Source: an uncultured bacterium (GTDB taxonomy: Bacteria; Hydrothermota; UBA3073; NMUJ01; CBEVQO01). Taken from it: a DNA stretch of 64,000 bases. Position numbers and translations under genes: made by a program. This document shows positions 27,574 to 37,800 of this stretch, in pieces. The notes under the pieces were generated by a model. The model was not told the origin of the DNA. It did no database searches and saw only the letters and a program-made list of their open reading frames with translations. Numbering within the stretch: position 1 is the first letter of the stretch; each line of letters starts with the position of its first letter. The DNA lies in NCBI GenBank assembly GCA_965552055.1, contig CBEVQO010000001.1, positions 96,001-160,000 of the forward strand, read 5' to 3'.

Positions 27574-29504
27574 TTATATTTCAGCAAAAATTTTATTTCC
27601 CTCTCAAGGATATCTTTTTTTACCATTCCAACATGCCTGAACTGTATTTTACCTTCTCTATCGATTAGAAAATGTTGTGGTATTGCGTAAATTTTGTAAT
27701 CTAAGAATACGGAATAATCTGCGATGCATACCCTGTATTTGAACTCGTTTTCCCTTAAAAATTCCTCAAGTGCCTCTTTGTCACCGCTTGTTATCGCAAT
27801 GAATACTACATCTTCGTTTTTAAACTCATCTACAATTTTATTCAACTCCGGAATTTCTTCGACACAGGGACCGCACCATATCGAGAAGAAATTTAGCACG
27901 CAAACTTTGCCTTTAAAATCGGACAATTTAATGCGATTACCTTGTAAATCAACTGCTGTGAAATCTTTAATCTTCTGGTTTAATAAAACATTTTTAAAAT
28001 AAGAGAGAAACTGCTCTTCCAGAAATTTATCAAAATCTTTTTCTGATTTGCCGAGTTTTTTGTAAACTTCGAGGATTTTCATCTTCAATGTTTCGTTTTC
28101 TGGCTGTTTTAAATACAACTTTGTCAGACCATCTAAAACTTCTTTCCATTTTTTGTTTTTCTTTTTAATCTCAATGAAATGCATAAGGATATCTTCTGCT
28201 GGCTCTTTGTTTGCGATTTTTAATAATGAAAAAGTTTTGTCAATCAGGCTGTCGGCTTTTGCATAAGCATTTTGCTTGAAAAATATCCATGCATAAGTAT
28301 CGTAGAAACTCGCTTTTGCTTCGTAAAACATGGAAAATCTTTCTTCAGGTGGCAGGGAGAAATATTTTTTCCTGTAAGTATTGAAATCCAATAGGTCTAT
28401 GCCTTTCTCAATTGTTCTTCTGGCTTCATGTAGATTATGACCATCTATCGCACATCTGTAAGCATAAAGGTTATAAAATGAAGCGTCATCCGGGAATCTT
28501 TTTATTCCCTCTTTATATTTTCCAAGCACTTTTAAAATGACTTTTGAATAGTAAGAATCCGGATATTTATCGAGGAATTTAAGCAATCTGTATTTTGAAA
28601 TCCTGCCCCTTTTAACTTTTTCTGTCAGATACAGAAAATATACCTCATCTGCGCCTTTGGCATCGGGATATTTTTTTATGAATTTTTCACATAAATCAAT
28701 TGGTACCGCGTTCATAGTATATTTGCCGATAATGAGAACATATTGCGGGATAAGGAACTTCTCCGCAGGATTATCACCGATTTTTTCTATTATTCTGTCA
28801 GCAAAAGCTTTTCTTAATCCGGGATTCTTAATGCTTAAAAGACATCTTGCAAAAAGAGAGGATAATTTTTTATCGGATGGAAATTCCTTTGCATACTTGA
28901 TCAAAAATTTCTGTACAGAATCGAGTTCACCGAGCTCGGAGTAAAGTAACACAAGAGAATAAAGTTTGTAATGCAGAGAATCCTTTAACGATTTTACCTT
29001 TTGAATCCTATCTTCAATTTTGCCTTCAAGATAAAGATATGCTTCTGCATTCCATGGATATAGTTTTAGTTCCCTTTCAATGTATTTCTTGGCTTCTTTA
29101 CGAAGCTTTTTCGATAGTAATTTCTTTGCGTAAGCTAAATTTGAACCGGGTACGGGGACACCGTTTGTATCGGTTATAAGAAAAATGTAGCCGAGACCTT
29201 TGTTATCGTCATAAGAGCCGGAATCGTTTTCGAATTTTAAACAGAGCAACTTCGCATCTTCCGGTATATAAATCTTATAATAAAAACCTTCTTCATCTTT
29301 TCTCATATAATCTGCATTTCTGTAAATCGTATCGCTTTCTATTTCGTATAATATTGCTATTTTATAATCCTTTTTGATTCTTGCCTTCCAGCTCTTTGTG
29401 TTATATCGCACTGTAGATGTATCTCCCCGTATGGTGTGCTTAACGAATACAGGAGAACGAAAGCACCCTATAATCAGTGGTAAAAAAATTAAAAAATATC
29501 TCAT
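27570..29504 (-). CDS. Lipoprotein with TPR-like repeats and C-terminal TlpA-type redoxin
   Basis: LIIG-C lipobox; helical repeats (DTYAWIFFK); WCGPC active site, AIPQHFLID. Start is 29504 or 29507. Confidence 0.85.
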   Translation of the reverse strand: MRYFLIFLPLIIGCFRSPVFVKHTIRGDTSTVRYNTKSWKARIKKDYKIAILYEIESDTIYRNADYMRKDEEGFYYKIYIPEDAKLLCLKFENDSGSYDDNKGLGYIFLITDTNGVPVPGSNLAYAKKLLSKKLRKEAKKYIERELKLYPWNAEAYLYLEGKIEDRIQKVKSLKDSLHYKLYSLVLLYSELGELDSVQKFLIKYAKEFPSDKKLSSLFARCLLSIKNPGLRKAFADRIIEKIGDNPAEKFLIPQYVLIIGKYTMNAVPIDLCEKFIKKYPDAKGADEVYFLYLTEKVKRGRISKYRLLKFLDKYPDSYYSKVILKVLGKYKEGIKRFPDDASFYNLYAYRCAIDGHNLHEARRTIEKGIDLLDFNTYRKKYFSLPPEERFSMFYEAKASFYDTYAWIFFKQNAYAKADSLIDKTFSLLKIANKEPAEDILMHFIEIKKKNKKWKEVLDGLTKLYLKQPENETLKMKILEVYKKLGKSEKDFDKFLEEQFLSYFKNVLLNQKIKDFTAVDLQGNRIKLSDFKGKVCVLNFFSIWCGPCVEEIPELNKIVDEFKNEDVVFIAITSGDKEALEEFLRENEFKYRVCIADYSVFLDYKIYAIPQHFLIDREGKIQFRHVGMVKKDILEREIKFLLKYK

Positions 29505-29510
29505 CATTTT

Positions 29511-29537
29511 AATTTAAATACTTTACGGGTATGTCAA
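29511..29537 (-). promoter_or_regulatory. Promoter of redoxin-nadK, probably leaderless
   Basis: TTGACA (29537-29532, containing the MMPL stop TGA), 15 bp, TAAATT (29516-29511); ATGs 3 and 6 nt later. Confidence 0.7.
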
Positions 29538-32158
29538 GTTTTTTGTCGATTTAAAAGTGAAGGAATAACAGTTATTGCTCCTAAGCTCGCGGTAATCATA
29601 GTTATTGCGATTAATAGACCGAATGTGCGCAATGGAACTAGTTGTGCAAATAAAAGGGTAAGGAAGCCAGCGCAAACAGACAATGCATTGAAAAGAATAG
29701 CCCTGCCCGTGCCTGTAATAGCAGGTCTTATTCCATCTTGTCTCATACGGGCAATAAAGTGGATTGTATAATCAATACCTATTCCTATTGCAAGTGAGGC
29801 AACAAATACAGTTATGGGATTTAAGCCAAGATTCGCCCAGCCCATCAATCCAAAGTTTATAAGAAGTGAAATCGAAATAGCCGAAAGCGATAATAAACCA
29901 TATTTTAGAGACCTCAAGAGGTAAGATGTCATAAGAAAAGTAAGGAAAAGAGTGAAAAACATACTTATCAATTGAGTGCGCGTTAACTTTTTGTGAACCT
30001 CAAGGCTCACGATGGGTCCCCCTGTTGCCTCCATTAATAAATCATTTTCTTCTGGTATATTAAACAGGTAAAGCCATGTAGCGCAATACAATTCTTTGTA
30101 AAATTGACTATCGTCATCTGGATTTATACCGATTTCACCGAAATCTTTCATAAATTGTGAAACTTTATACATCTTTATAAATTCAGCAAGACGAATCGAA
30201 AAACTTTCGCTCAAAAGTTGCACATCTTCTTCAAAATAGCCTTTTAAAATTCTCTTCAATTTATTAAAAATAGCATCCGAACTCAAATTATTCTTTATCA
30301 TAAGATTATAAAGTGCATGCGAAATTTTGTTTATCAAAATCTCATCCTCGATGTAAATCTCTGATTCTTCTGATGTGAGATAATCTTTAACGAATTTTTT
30401 AACCATGTTAAAATCGGGATTTTTCAAATTTCTTTTTTCTTTACGAAGGAATGTGAATAATTTCAAAGTATCAATTTCTTTGTCAAAACCTTTCAAAACA
30501 AGATAAATATTGTATTCCGGGGTGAAATTTTTATTTTCTCTTAAAAATTTATCGAGCTCCTCTTTTATTACTATTTCGTCCGAAGTTTTTAATGCTTCTG
30601 TTGTTGCAGATACAATTGCCTCTTTTTTATCGGATGTCAGCATTTGGCTTAATTCTCCTCTTCCTGACATAAAGAATAATAAATTTTCTGCTTCAAGTTT
30701 GCTTTCTGGCAGGGTATATCTTCCATTCATTTTATAATTCATTTCGCAAAGGATACTTGCTATTGAATTTGGATTATGAAGTCCTTTCACCTGTCTCATG
30801 AACCATTCTGCCTGCTTCATTTTGTAAAGAGTATAAGGATTTAAAATATCGCCTTTGAAATAAATATCAACGGGTACTGCTCCTCCAAATTTATCCCTTA
30901 CAAGGTCGATTCCCTTTCTTAACTCACATCCTTTTGGTAAATATTCTTCAAGATTGGTTTCGGTGTGAATACGAGGAATACCTGCTATCGCCACGATACT
31001 CACTATAAGCGCTGTTAAAGAGATAACCTTTGACCTTTTGGAAACAAAATCATAAATTTTATTAAGAAGGAGCCTAAAAGATAACTCCTTTGACTCAGCT
31101 GGTCGTGTAAAAGATAAAATTGAAGGCAAAAGTGTTATAGTAAGTAAAAACGAAAATAATACTCCCAATCCTGTAAACATTCCAAAATCTCTGATTATTT
31201 TAAGGTCAGATGTAAGGAATGACATAAATCCAATAAATGTTGTTAAAGCAGCGAGCAAAACTGGCAGAAATACTTCTTTTAAAGCGATTAAAACATTTTT
31301 ATCTTCGTCATAGCGATTTATGAGATGTATCCCGTAAGCAGTTCCTATCGCAATGAGCAAAACAGGCACGGTATCCGAAGCCATGGTAATTGGTCTCTTA
31401 AAAATGCTCATCAAACCGAAAACCCATATAACAGAAAGTGCACTCGAAAGCAAAGGAAGAAGAACTCCTCTTATAGACCTGAAACACAAAAATAAAATTA
31501 AAGGAATAATCATTATCACAAGCAAAATCAGAATTCTTAAATCTTTAATTATTAACTTTTTAACCTGTATCATCGCAAAGGGTGTCCCTGTATAATAAAA
31601 TTTGTATCCTTTTTCATATTTCTTTGCTATATTCATTATTTTTCTTGCTACAGAGATTTTATCTGCATGCTCCGAGAATTGACAGATGATAGCGGTATAA
31701 CGACAGTCAGGGGATACAACTTTGCCTCTGTACATCTCTTTGCTTAAAACATAATCCCTTATCTTATATAAACTATCCTGGGAGATTTCGTCTTCGCCTA
31801 TCAGGTCACTTACTTCAATTCCTCCTGGTATTCTTTTTATATCCATCATATTGACTATGCTCATAACATTTGAAATTCCCTGAACGAGTTTTATCTCTTT
31901 TACGAGTTTTCTTATCATATCTATTACTTCTTTTTTGAAGATATCGTCTGCTTCTATTATTATAAGTCCCATGTAATTTCCGCCAAATTTTTCTCCTATT
32001 TCTCTATAAAATTTAACCTTGGGATTTTCTTCTGGCAGGAATTTTGTGATGTCTGTTTCGAATTTGAGATTGCGAATCTGGTAGCCAAGTGCGAGCGTCA
32101 ATCCCGCAGACAGTATAATCCACACCCATCTATATTTTAAAATTCTTTGCATATTCAC
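29534..32158 (-). CDS. MMPL/RND-superfamily lipid transporter
   Basis: Two TM clusters; IAIGTAYGIH, LTTFIGF, IGIGIDYTIH, TGRAILFNALS motifs. Confidence 0.9.
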   Translation of the reverse strand: MNMQRILKYRWVWIILSAGLTLALGYQIRNLKFETDITKFLPEENPKVKFYREIGEKFGGNYMGLIIIEADDIFKKEVIDMIRKLVKEIKLVQGISNVMSIVNMMDIKRIPGGIEVSDLIGEDEISQDSLYKIRDYVLSKEMYRGKVVSPDCRYTAIICQFSEHADKISVARKIMNIAKKYEKGYKFYYTGTPFAMIQVKKLIIKDLRILILLVIMIIPLILFLCFRSIRGVLLPLLSSALSVIWVFGLMSIFKRPITMASDTVPVLLIAIGTAYGIHLINRYDEDKNVLIALKEVFLPVLLAALTTFIGFMSFLTSDLKIIRDFGMFTGLGVLFSFLLTITLLPSILSFTRPAESKELSFRLLLNKIYDFVSKRSKVISLTALIVSIVAIAGIPRIHTETNLEEYLPKGCELRKGIDLVRDKFGGAVPVDIYFKGDILNPYTLYKMKQAEWFMRQVKGLHNPNSIASILCEMNYKMNGRYTLPESKLEAENLLFFMSGRGELSQMLTSDKKEAIVSATTEALKTSDEIVIKEELDKFLRENKNFTPEYNIYLVLKGFDKEIDTLKLFTFLRKEKRNLKNPDFNMVKKFVKDYLTSEESEIYIEDEILINKISHALYNLMIKNNLSSDAIFNKLKRILKGYFEEDVQLLSESFSIRLAEFIKMYKVSQFMKDFGEIGINPDDDSQFYKELYCATWLYLFNIPEENDLLMEATGGPIVSLEVHKKLTRTQLISMFFTLFLTFLMTSYLLRSLKYGLLSLSAISISLLINFGLMGWANLGLNPITVFVASLAIGIGIDYTIHFIARMRQDGIRPAITGTGRAILFNALSVCAGFLTLLFAQLVPLRTFGLLIAITMITASLGAITVIPSLLNRQKT

Positions 32159-32163
32159 TCCTT

Positions 32164-34149
32164 TTAGAAGTTAAATTCTCCGAGTATCATTATCATATCT
32201 TTGTCTTTGAAGTCGGTGAAGAATGTTTTTCCTTTTCCGTCGAAGAAAAATGCTCCTATTGTTATTTTGGCATCTTCATGTGGTTTAAATGTTATGCCTG
32301 CTCCTGCCATCCAGCCATAATTATTCTTTATATCATCCCAATCTGCAATTTGTCCTCCTATATTAAATCCGAGTTTGTATTCACCATCTTTAAATTCTCT
32401 TTCAAATCTTGTCATGAAAAAGTCGGTTAAATTATTCCGTTCTGTGAAAAAGCCGTGCATCCATTGGCAATTCATATAAATATCAAAAGGCAAAGTGTAA
32501 TCAAATCCCAGAGTATATTTTAAATAGGGTTTGTCAAAGATAATACTATCATGCTCGATATAGGGATGAAGTGTGTCAAGTGGATTGGGATTGGGCATCA
32601 TCATTTTCAGGGTATCTTTTTTCGGCAAGAACAATGCAAATTCACCCCATATCCCTGCTTTTAAAATCTCGCTCCTGAAATCCGCTCCAACTACTTTTAT
32701 CGGTAAAAATCCATAGTAAAGCTTTTGAGGAACATAAGAAACATTTGGAGGAGTGCCCACCATCACCATATTCATCTTGTAAACATAAGGAAAATCATCA
32801 TATCCTTTAAAGAATGAGAATGAAAAGTCAATTTTTTCAAGCGATGCTTTAAGTTTAACAGCATACATCATATTTTTTATTTTCTTTTCAGGGAATATCA
32901 GGGTATCTTCAACATTTTGGAGGGTATCACCAAAAATTGGTTCTTTTGGCATCAAAACAGGTTTAATGGATGGCAATGTTACAAAATCAACGGCTATATT
33001 TTCTTTTAGCCAGTAAGTAAAGCTCATTGCTTCTGTTGGTATCTTTTCACCAAATTTTACAATATCCGAAAAATCATCCGGATTCAGGTTATCCGTTGGA
33101 CACAGTTTATCCGCTGTGCCCCATGCTATACGCTGTTTGCCAATCTTAAAGTCAAGATTCGGCAGTAAAAAGCCAGTTACAGAACAATATGCCTCCCATA
33201 CTGAAAATTCATAAGGATAACTTTTGTGAAGGAAAGATAAATCACTCAAATTATAAACCAAATTTTTATCCCAAAATCTAAACTTTGTGCTTACGAAAAT
33301 TTCTATATTTTCCTTCGGTAATGTCTGATATTTTATCATCAACTCATGAAAAGGAATCTCTGCCTGGGTTTTTTCCTTTATCAAAAATCTTTTATCATAT
33401 CTGAATTCGCCATTTATTGCATCATCTTCCCTTGGTGGTTGCTTCAAATATCTAATTGAGAAAAAGTTATCGGGAATCTCTTTATCAAATTCAATTTTTA
33501 CCTGCTTCATAATAGTTTTGTGATGGCGTTTTTTATCCCACATCTCTATTTCCGTCATCACCCAGTATTTTCCGATCTTCTTATATCCCTTATTGGTCAT
33601 AACTTTCCAGAGATTCCCTGCATCATCATAAAACTCAATCTTTTCGGGTAAATAATTTTCCTTCAGAACCCACATTTTCAAAATTTTGTAATCCTTTTTT
33701 GATTCAGGCTTTCTATGCAATTCCAGCACATAATATTTATTGGTTTCAGATATTAATTTTGCATCATAATCTTTTTTATAAGCACCCCTTTTCGATGCCA
33801 TATCGCTGTAAGAAAAGTCAGTTCCCTGAAATCTCTCTTTTTTAGCATGGGAAGCTATCCTTCTTACTTTCCTGAAAGCAGGCAGATACAGGTGAATCTG
33901 CTCTTTCGGGCTATCGGGATACCTTATTAGGAGACCCACTCCTCTCACAGCAGAAGGTGTTAAAAATTTCGTCATCATAAAATCTTCGCCCTTACGCCAC
34001 ATAGCCATCTTGCGGACTTCTCTGTCGCTACCATCTTCGTTCATCAGAATCATCTCACTAACAGAATACGCTGTCTTCGGTGCACTCAAAACATTCTCAA
34101 CACTATCAAGTATCTGTGATGCGGTAAGGGATATTAAGAATACTATCAT
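32164..34149 (-). CDS. Fusion of a LolA-like lipoprotein-sorting domain and an outer-membrane beta-barrel
   Basis: N-terminal about 235 aa: FLTPSAVRGVGLL, LYLPAFRKVRRIAS, FQGTDFSYSD (LolA_like). C-terminal part: EAY, KIGKQRIAWGTAD.LCPTDNLNP, terminal aromatic F (barrel). Confidence 0.8.
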   Translation of the reverse strand: MIVFLISLTASQILDSVENVLSAPKTAYSVSEMILMNEDGSDREVRKMAMWRKGEDFMMTKFLTPSAVRGVGLLIRYPDSPKEQIHLYLPAFRKVRRIASHAKKERFQGTDFSYSDMASKRGAYKKDYDAKLISETNKYYVLELHRKPESKKDYKILKMWVLKENYLPEKIEFYDDAGNLWKVMTNKGYKKIGKYWVMTEIEMWDKKRHHKTIMKQVKIEFDKEIPDNFFSIRYLKQPPREDDAINGEFRYDKRFLIKEKTQAEIPFHELMIKYQTLPKENIEIFVSTKFRFWDKNLVYNLSDLSFLHKSYPYEFSVWEAYCSVTGFLLPNLDFKIGKQRIAWGTADKLCPTDNLNPDDFSDIVKFGEKIPTEAMSFTYWLKENIAVDFVTLPSIKPVLMPKEPIFGDTLQNVEDTLIFPEKKIKNMMYAVKLKASLEKIDFSFSFFKGYDDFPYVYKMNMVMVGTPPNVSYVPQKLYYGFLPIKVVGADFRSEILKAGIWGEFALFLPKKDTLKMMMPNPNPLDTLHPYIEHDSIIFDKPYLKYTLGFDYTLPFDIYMNCQWMHGFFTERNNLTDFFMTRFEREFKDGEYKLGFNIGGQIADWDDIKNNYGWMAGAGITFKPHEDAKITIGAFFFDGKGKTFFTDFKDKDMIMILGEFNF

Positions 34150-34763
34150 CTTGCCCCCCTTTTTAATATACCATTCAAATATATATCAGAAAGCACATTT
34201 ACACCTTCTTTTACATTTATCTTTTCACCAAGATAAACGCTCCTCATGAAAGAGAAAATCATACCGAAAAATGAAGATACACAATATTTTAATGGTAAAT
34301 CTTTTATCTTGCCCTGTTTAAAACCTTCCTTTATAATTTCACCAAAGATATTTTCACGCTTCTCAATGCCCTTACGCATCATATCCCTTATTTCACCGAA
34401 CTCATGAGGGTCAAACTGAGGGGGATAAAGGAAAAGCAATCTCATACCCTCCTTAAATTGATTTAATCCGCTGAGATACTGCCTTATGAGAGATTTTATC
34501 TTGTCTTCAAAACATGCTTTCATGCTCTTCACTCTCTTTAACATCTTCTCCTCTTTCTCAAGAGCAAGTTTCAAAGCCTCTTTGAACAATTCCTTTTTGT
34601 CTTTGAAATAAAAATAAATCGAAGATTTGGCAATACCACATTTGTTTGCAATCTCTTCCATACTCGCACCAAAGAAACCATCTCTTCCAAACACATAAAG
34701 CGACGCCTTGACTATCTCCCTCATCTTTAATTTCCGACTTTTGAGTCGAAAAGTTGACTTCAT
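34146..34763 (-). CDS. TetR/AcrR family transcriptional regulator
   Basis: FGRDGFFGASMEEIA..CGIAKSSIYFYFKDKKELF HTH. Start is 34763 or 34724. Confidence 0.9.
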   Translation of the reverse strand: MKSTFRLKSRKLKMREIVKASLYVFGRDGFFGASMEEIANKCGIAKSSIYFYFKDKKELFKEALKLALEKEEKMLKRVKSMKACFEDKIKSLIRQYLSGLNQFKEGMRLLFLYPPQFDPHEFGEIRDMMRKGIEKRENIFGEIIKEGFKQGKIKDLPLKYCVSSFFGMIFSFMRSVYLGEKINVKEGVNVLSDIYLNGILKRGAR

Positions 34764-34769
34764 AGTCAA
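34735..34769. promoter_or_regulatory. Tandem inverted repeats, putative TetR operators
   Basis: CGACT-N4-AGTCG (34735-34748) and TTGACT-N4-AGTCAA (34754-34769); centres 20 bp apart, just downstream of the -10. Confidence 0.7.
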
Positions 34770-34772
34770 ATT

Positions 34773-34799
34773 ATTATACTGAAAATTCGAGTTTGTCAA
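34773..34799 (-). promoter_or_regulatory. Consensus promoter of the tetR-MMPL operon
   Basis: TTGACA (34799-34794), 15 bp, TATAAT (34778-34773). Confidence 0.85.
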
Positions 34800-34808
34800 G
34801 CTGGAATT

Positions 34809-37800
34809 TTAATGAGTATGTGCCAGCCAGAAGCAGTAAACTTTGCCTTTCTTCGTCCCTATTACTATGCAACTGTCAGATACACTTATTGATGGCAAAG
34901 ATAAGATTACGCTTCCCGTGTTGTATTTCCATATCAATTCGCCTGTCTCCTTGTTAATTGCATAGAAGAAGCCGTTATCCGCACCAAAATAACAAACTTT
35001 ATTCCAGACAATCGGGAGTGCATGAATGGGAGAACCTGCATCAAATGGATATGTTGTCCAGCCGTAAGGATTCTGGTTGCCAAGTGTATCCACCACCCAT
35101 AATTTTCCTCCTACATCCACAAAATAGATGTAGCGACCAGGTACAAAGAAATCCTGCCAGCACATTGTGTGAATCCCGGAGGAAGGATTTGTAAATGTCC
35201 AGACTACATTGAAGTTGGTAAAATCGATGCAATAAAAATCAGTACCATAACTTCCGACATAAATTTTATCAGAATAAAAATCATACCATGGAGCTGCTTT
35301 TACATCGCCTCCCAGTGCTTTAGCACCAGTCCAGTCTCCGTTTTCTGCGTTTATTTTAAATAAAGTATCGATATCGGAGCCTATTGCAATACTATTTGCC
35401 GATTTGTTTACACATGGTGAAGAACATATACTGCCATTTGTTGAGTAAGGTGTATTCCATGCTTCCTGACCGTTTGTTGCATTTAAAGCGTATATATTGC
35501 CATCAGATGCACCAAAATAAACTCTGTCGCCATCGGATATCACTGCACCAACTATCGCACCAGGCACATCGTAGGACCATAACACATTTGGGGAATTGCC
35601 CTCATCTTCAATTGCATAAACTTTAGCGTTTACACCATAAGTACCAAGGTAAATTTTGCCACCAAAATATGATGGTATGCCTCTTATTGCACCCGATAAT
35701 TTAAGCGTCCATATTGTATCTCCTGTATTTATATCCAGAGCATAAAATTTCCCGAGCTCATCCCCTATGTAGCATCTTCCGTTGTAAATTATAGCTGATG
35801 ACCTTATTTCTCCTATGTATTTATCTTTTTGTTCGGGATAAATCCACCTAACACTGCCAAATTTTTCAGACCACTCAATGACACCTCCTTCCTCAAATTC
35901 GTAATTTTCACCTGTTGCTTCACCGCCGTGATTTATTACCCACAAAGTATCCCCGTTTTTCAACCAGATGTTGTATTTGCATGAACTGTCGGAGAAGGTC
36001 AATCCATTGAATGTGTCTTTAAATGTTGAGGATGTTTTTCTTATCAATTTTAAGTAAACTCCATCTGATTTTATCTTACCAAAGTAAATATTGTCGAATG
36101 CTATTATGTTTGTGAGAGAATCTATTAAGAAAGTATCGACTCCTTCTATTACCAGATGTTGTATATTGAGGTCGTTTTTTATCTGTTTAATAACAAAGTA
36201 ATCATTTTGTGATGTGCTTATTATCTCCGGTGGAGCTAAGCCCTGTGCAGTGAAATCGCCTTCAATTATTGCTTTATTGCCGAGATAAAGCTTTGCACCG
36301 TCTTTTAATGTTAATTTGCCCTGAGATGTTACATGAAGGGAATCAAAAATTTTCACAGTGGAAGTGGAGTCAAAAATTAATTTTCCTGTTAGATAAAGAC
36401 CTTTTGTTTCTACATCGTATCCATTAAGGTTAAAGCAACATCCCGAGCCTATTTTTATGAATCCGACATGTGTTAAATCTTGCATAAGTTTTAAAGTATC
36501 GCAATTTGGTGGTAATGTTTTGATTCCTACATTTTTGTAAATGCCTCCTCCTTTTAACACTGCTGATTTGCAGAATACGAGTTCGGGATAGGTATCCATT
36601 GAATCTTCCGCTATAATCACTCCTTTATTTATGAATTCTTTTGTTTCCCTGAAATAAAAGCATATATTATCACCTGATTCTATTCTCAATGTGCAACCTG
36701 CGGGTATTATTACTTTTTCGCTTTCAAATACGAATTTGCCATACCACATACCACTTCCTTTCAATGTGCAAATTTCTGATTCTACTAGGAAAGAGTCATT
36801 TGCCACACCATAAGTTCTGATGAGTCCATCGTTTTTGATTGAAGTTCCTGCGAAGATAAATCCCCCTGAATTATTATTTATCCAGAGTGTACATGGCTGG
36901 TCAATAACCAGATTATTACTGTAGGAAATATCGCTTAAAGATGAGCACTTCTTCCTTGTTGCATCTTCCTGGATAAATACCTTTGAATAAGGGGGGGTGG
37001 ACATTGGAGTCTCATCGGAATCCCAGTTTCCCGGTGTATGCCAGTTATTGCTGATGTCACCTTCCCAGAAATAAGGTTCTCCCTTTGTATAGAAGGAGTC
37101 AATGATGGATGTTCTATTACCGACGCAATCTTTATACCATACTCTGTATTTGTATTTGGTTTTGCCGAGAAGTGGAGGTGTTGGTGACCATGTTGTATCT
37201 TCATCCCATCCCCATTTTTGATATTCCGGACTGCTGGTTATTATTGCATTACCTGAGTCAAGTTGCACACCATGATAAATTGGACCCGGTGAGTTATCGC
37301 TACCATAGCTGAAGATGATAGCGGGATTCCTTGGCACTTTATTCAGCAAAGAATAATGGGGATAAATTGTGAAAAGATTGGTCGGGTTTGCGTTATCCAG
37401 AACGAGTTCTATTTTTCTTTTTCCCTTTAAATCCTTTCTGTAAGCGGTTATTGTGATTTCTGTTTCCGCTGGGTCTCCCTGGTCTATTTTATAAACAAGG
37501 AAATAAGGTGCACCATTTTTATCTTTTGGAGTGTCACCAAACGCGGTGCTACCGACTACGGAGTCAAGTGTAGAATCTGATGAAACAAAGATAGTGCATT
37601 GAGTAGCATTTGGTATATTGGGTGTATTATCTGTCCTGTAATAAATTTTGAGCCATGGATAAGCAGAATAAACTCTTGCATAGGTGTGCTTTGCCCATTT
37701 GATGCTGTCTATGTAAACAGATAGTTTTGCTGTCTTAAAAGAATCGCATCCAGCTACATCTGCTGACCTGCCGCACCATATAGAGATGTTACCACCTTTA

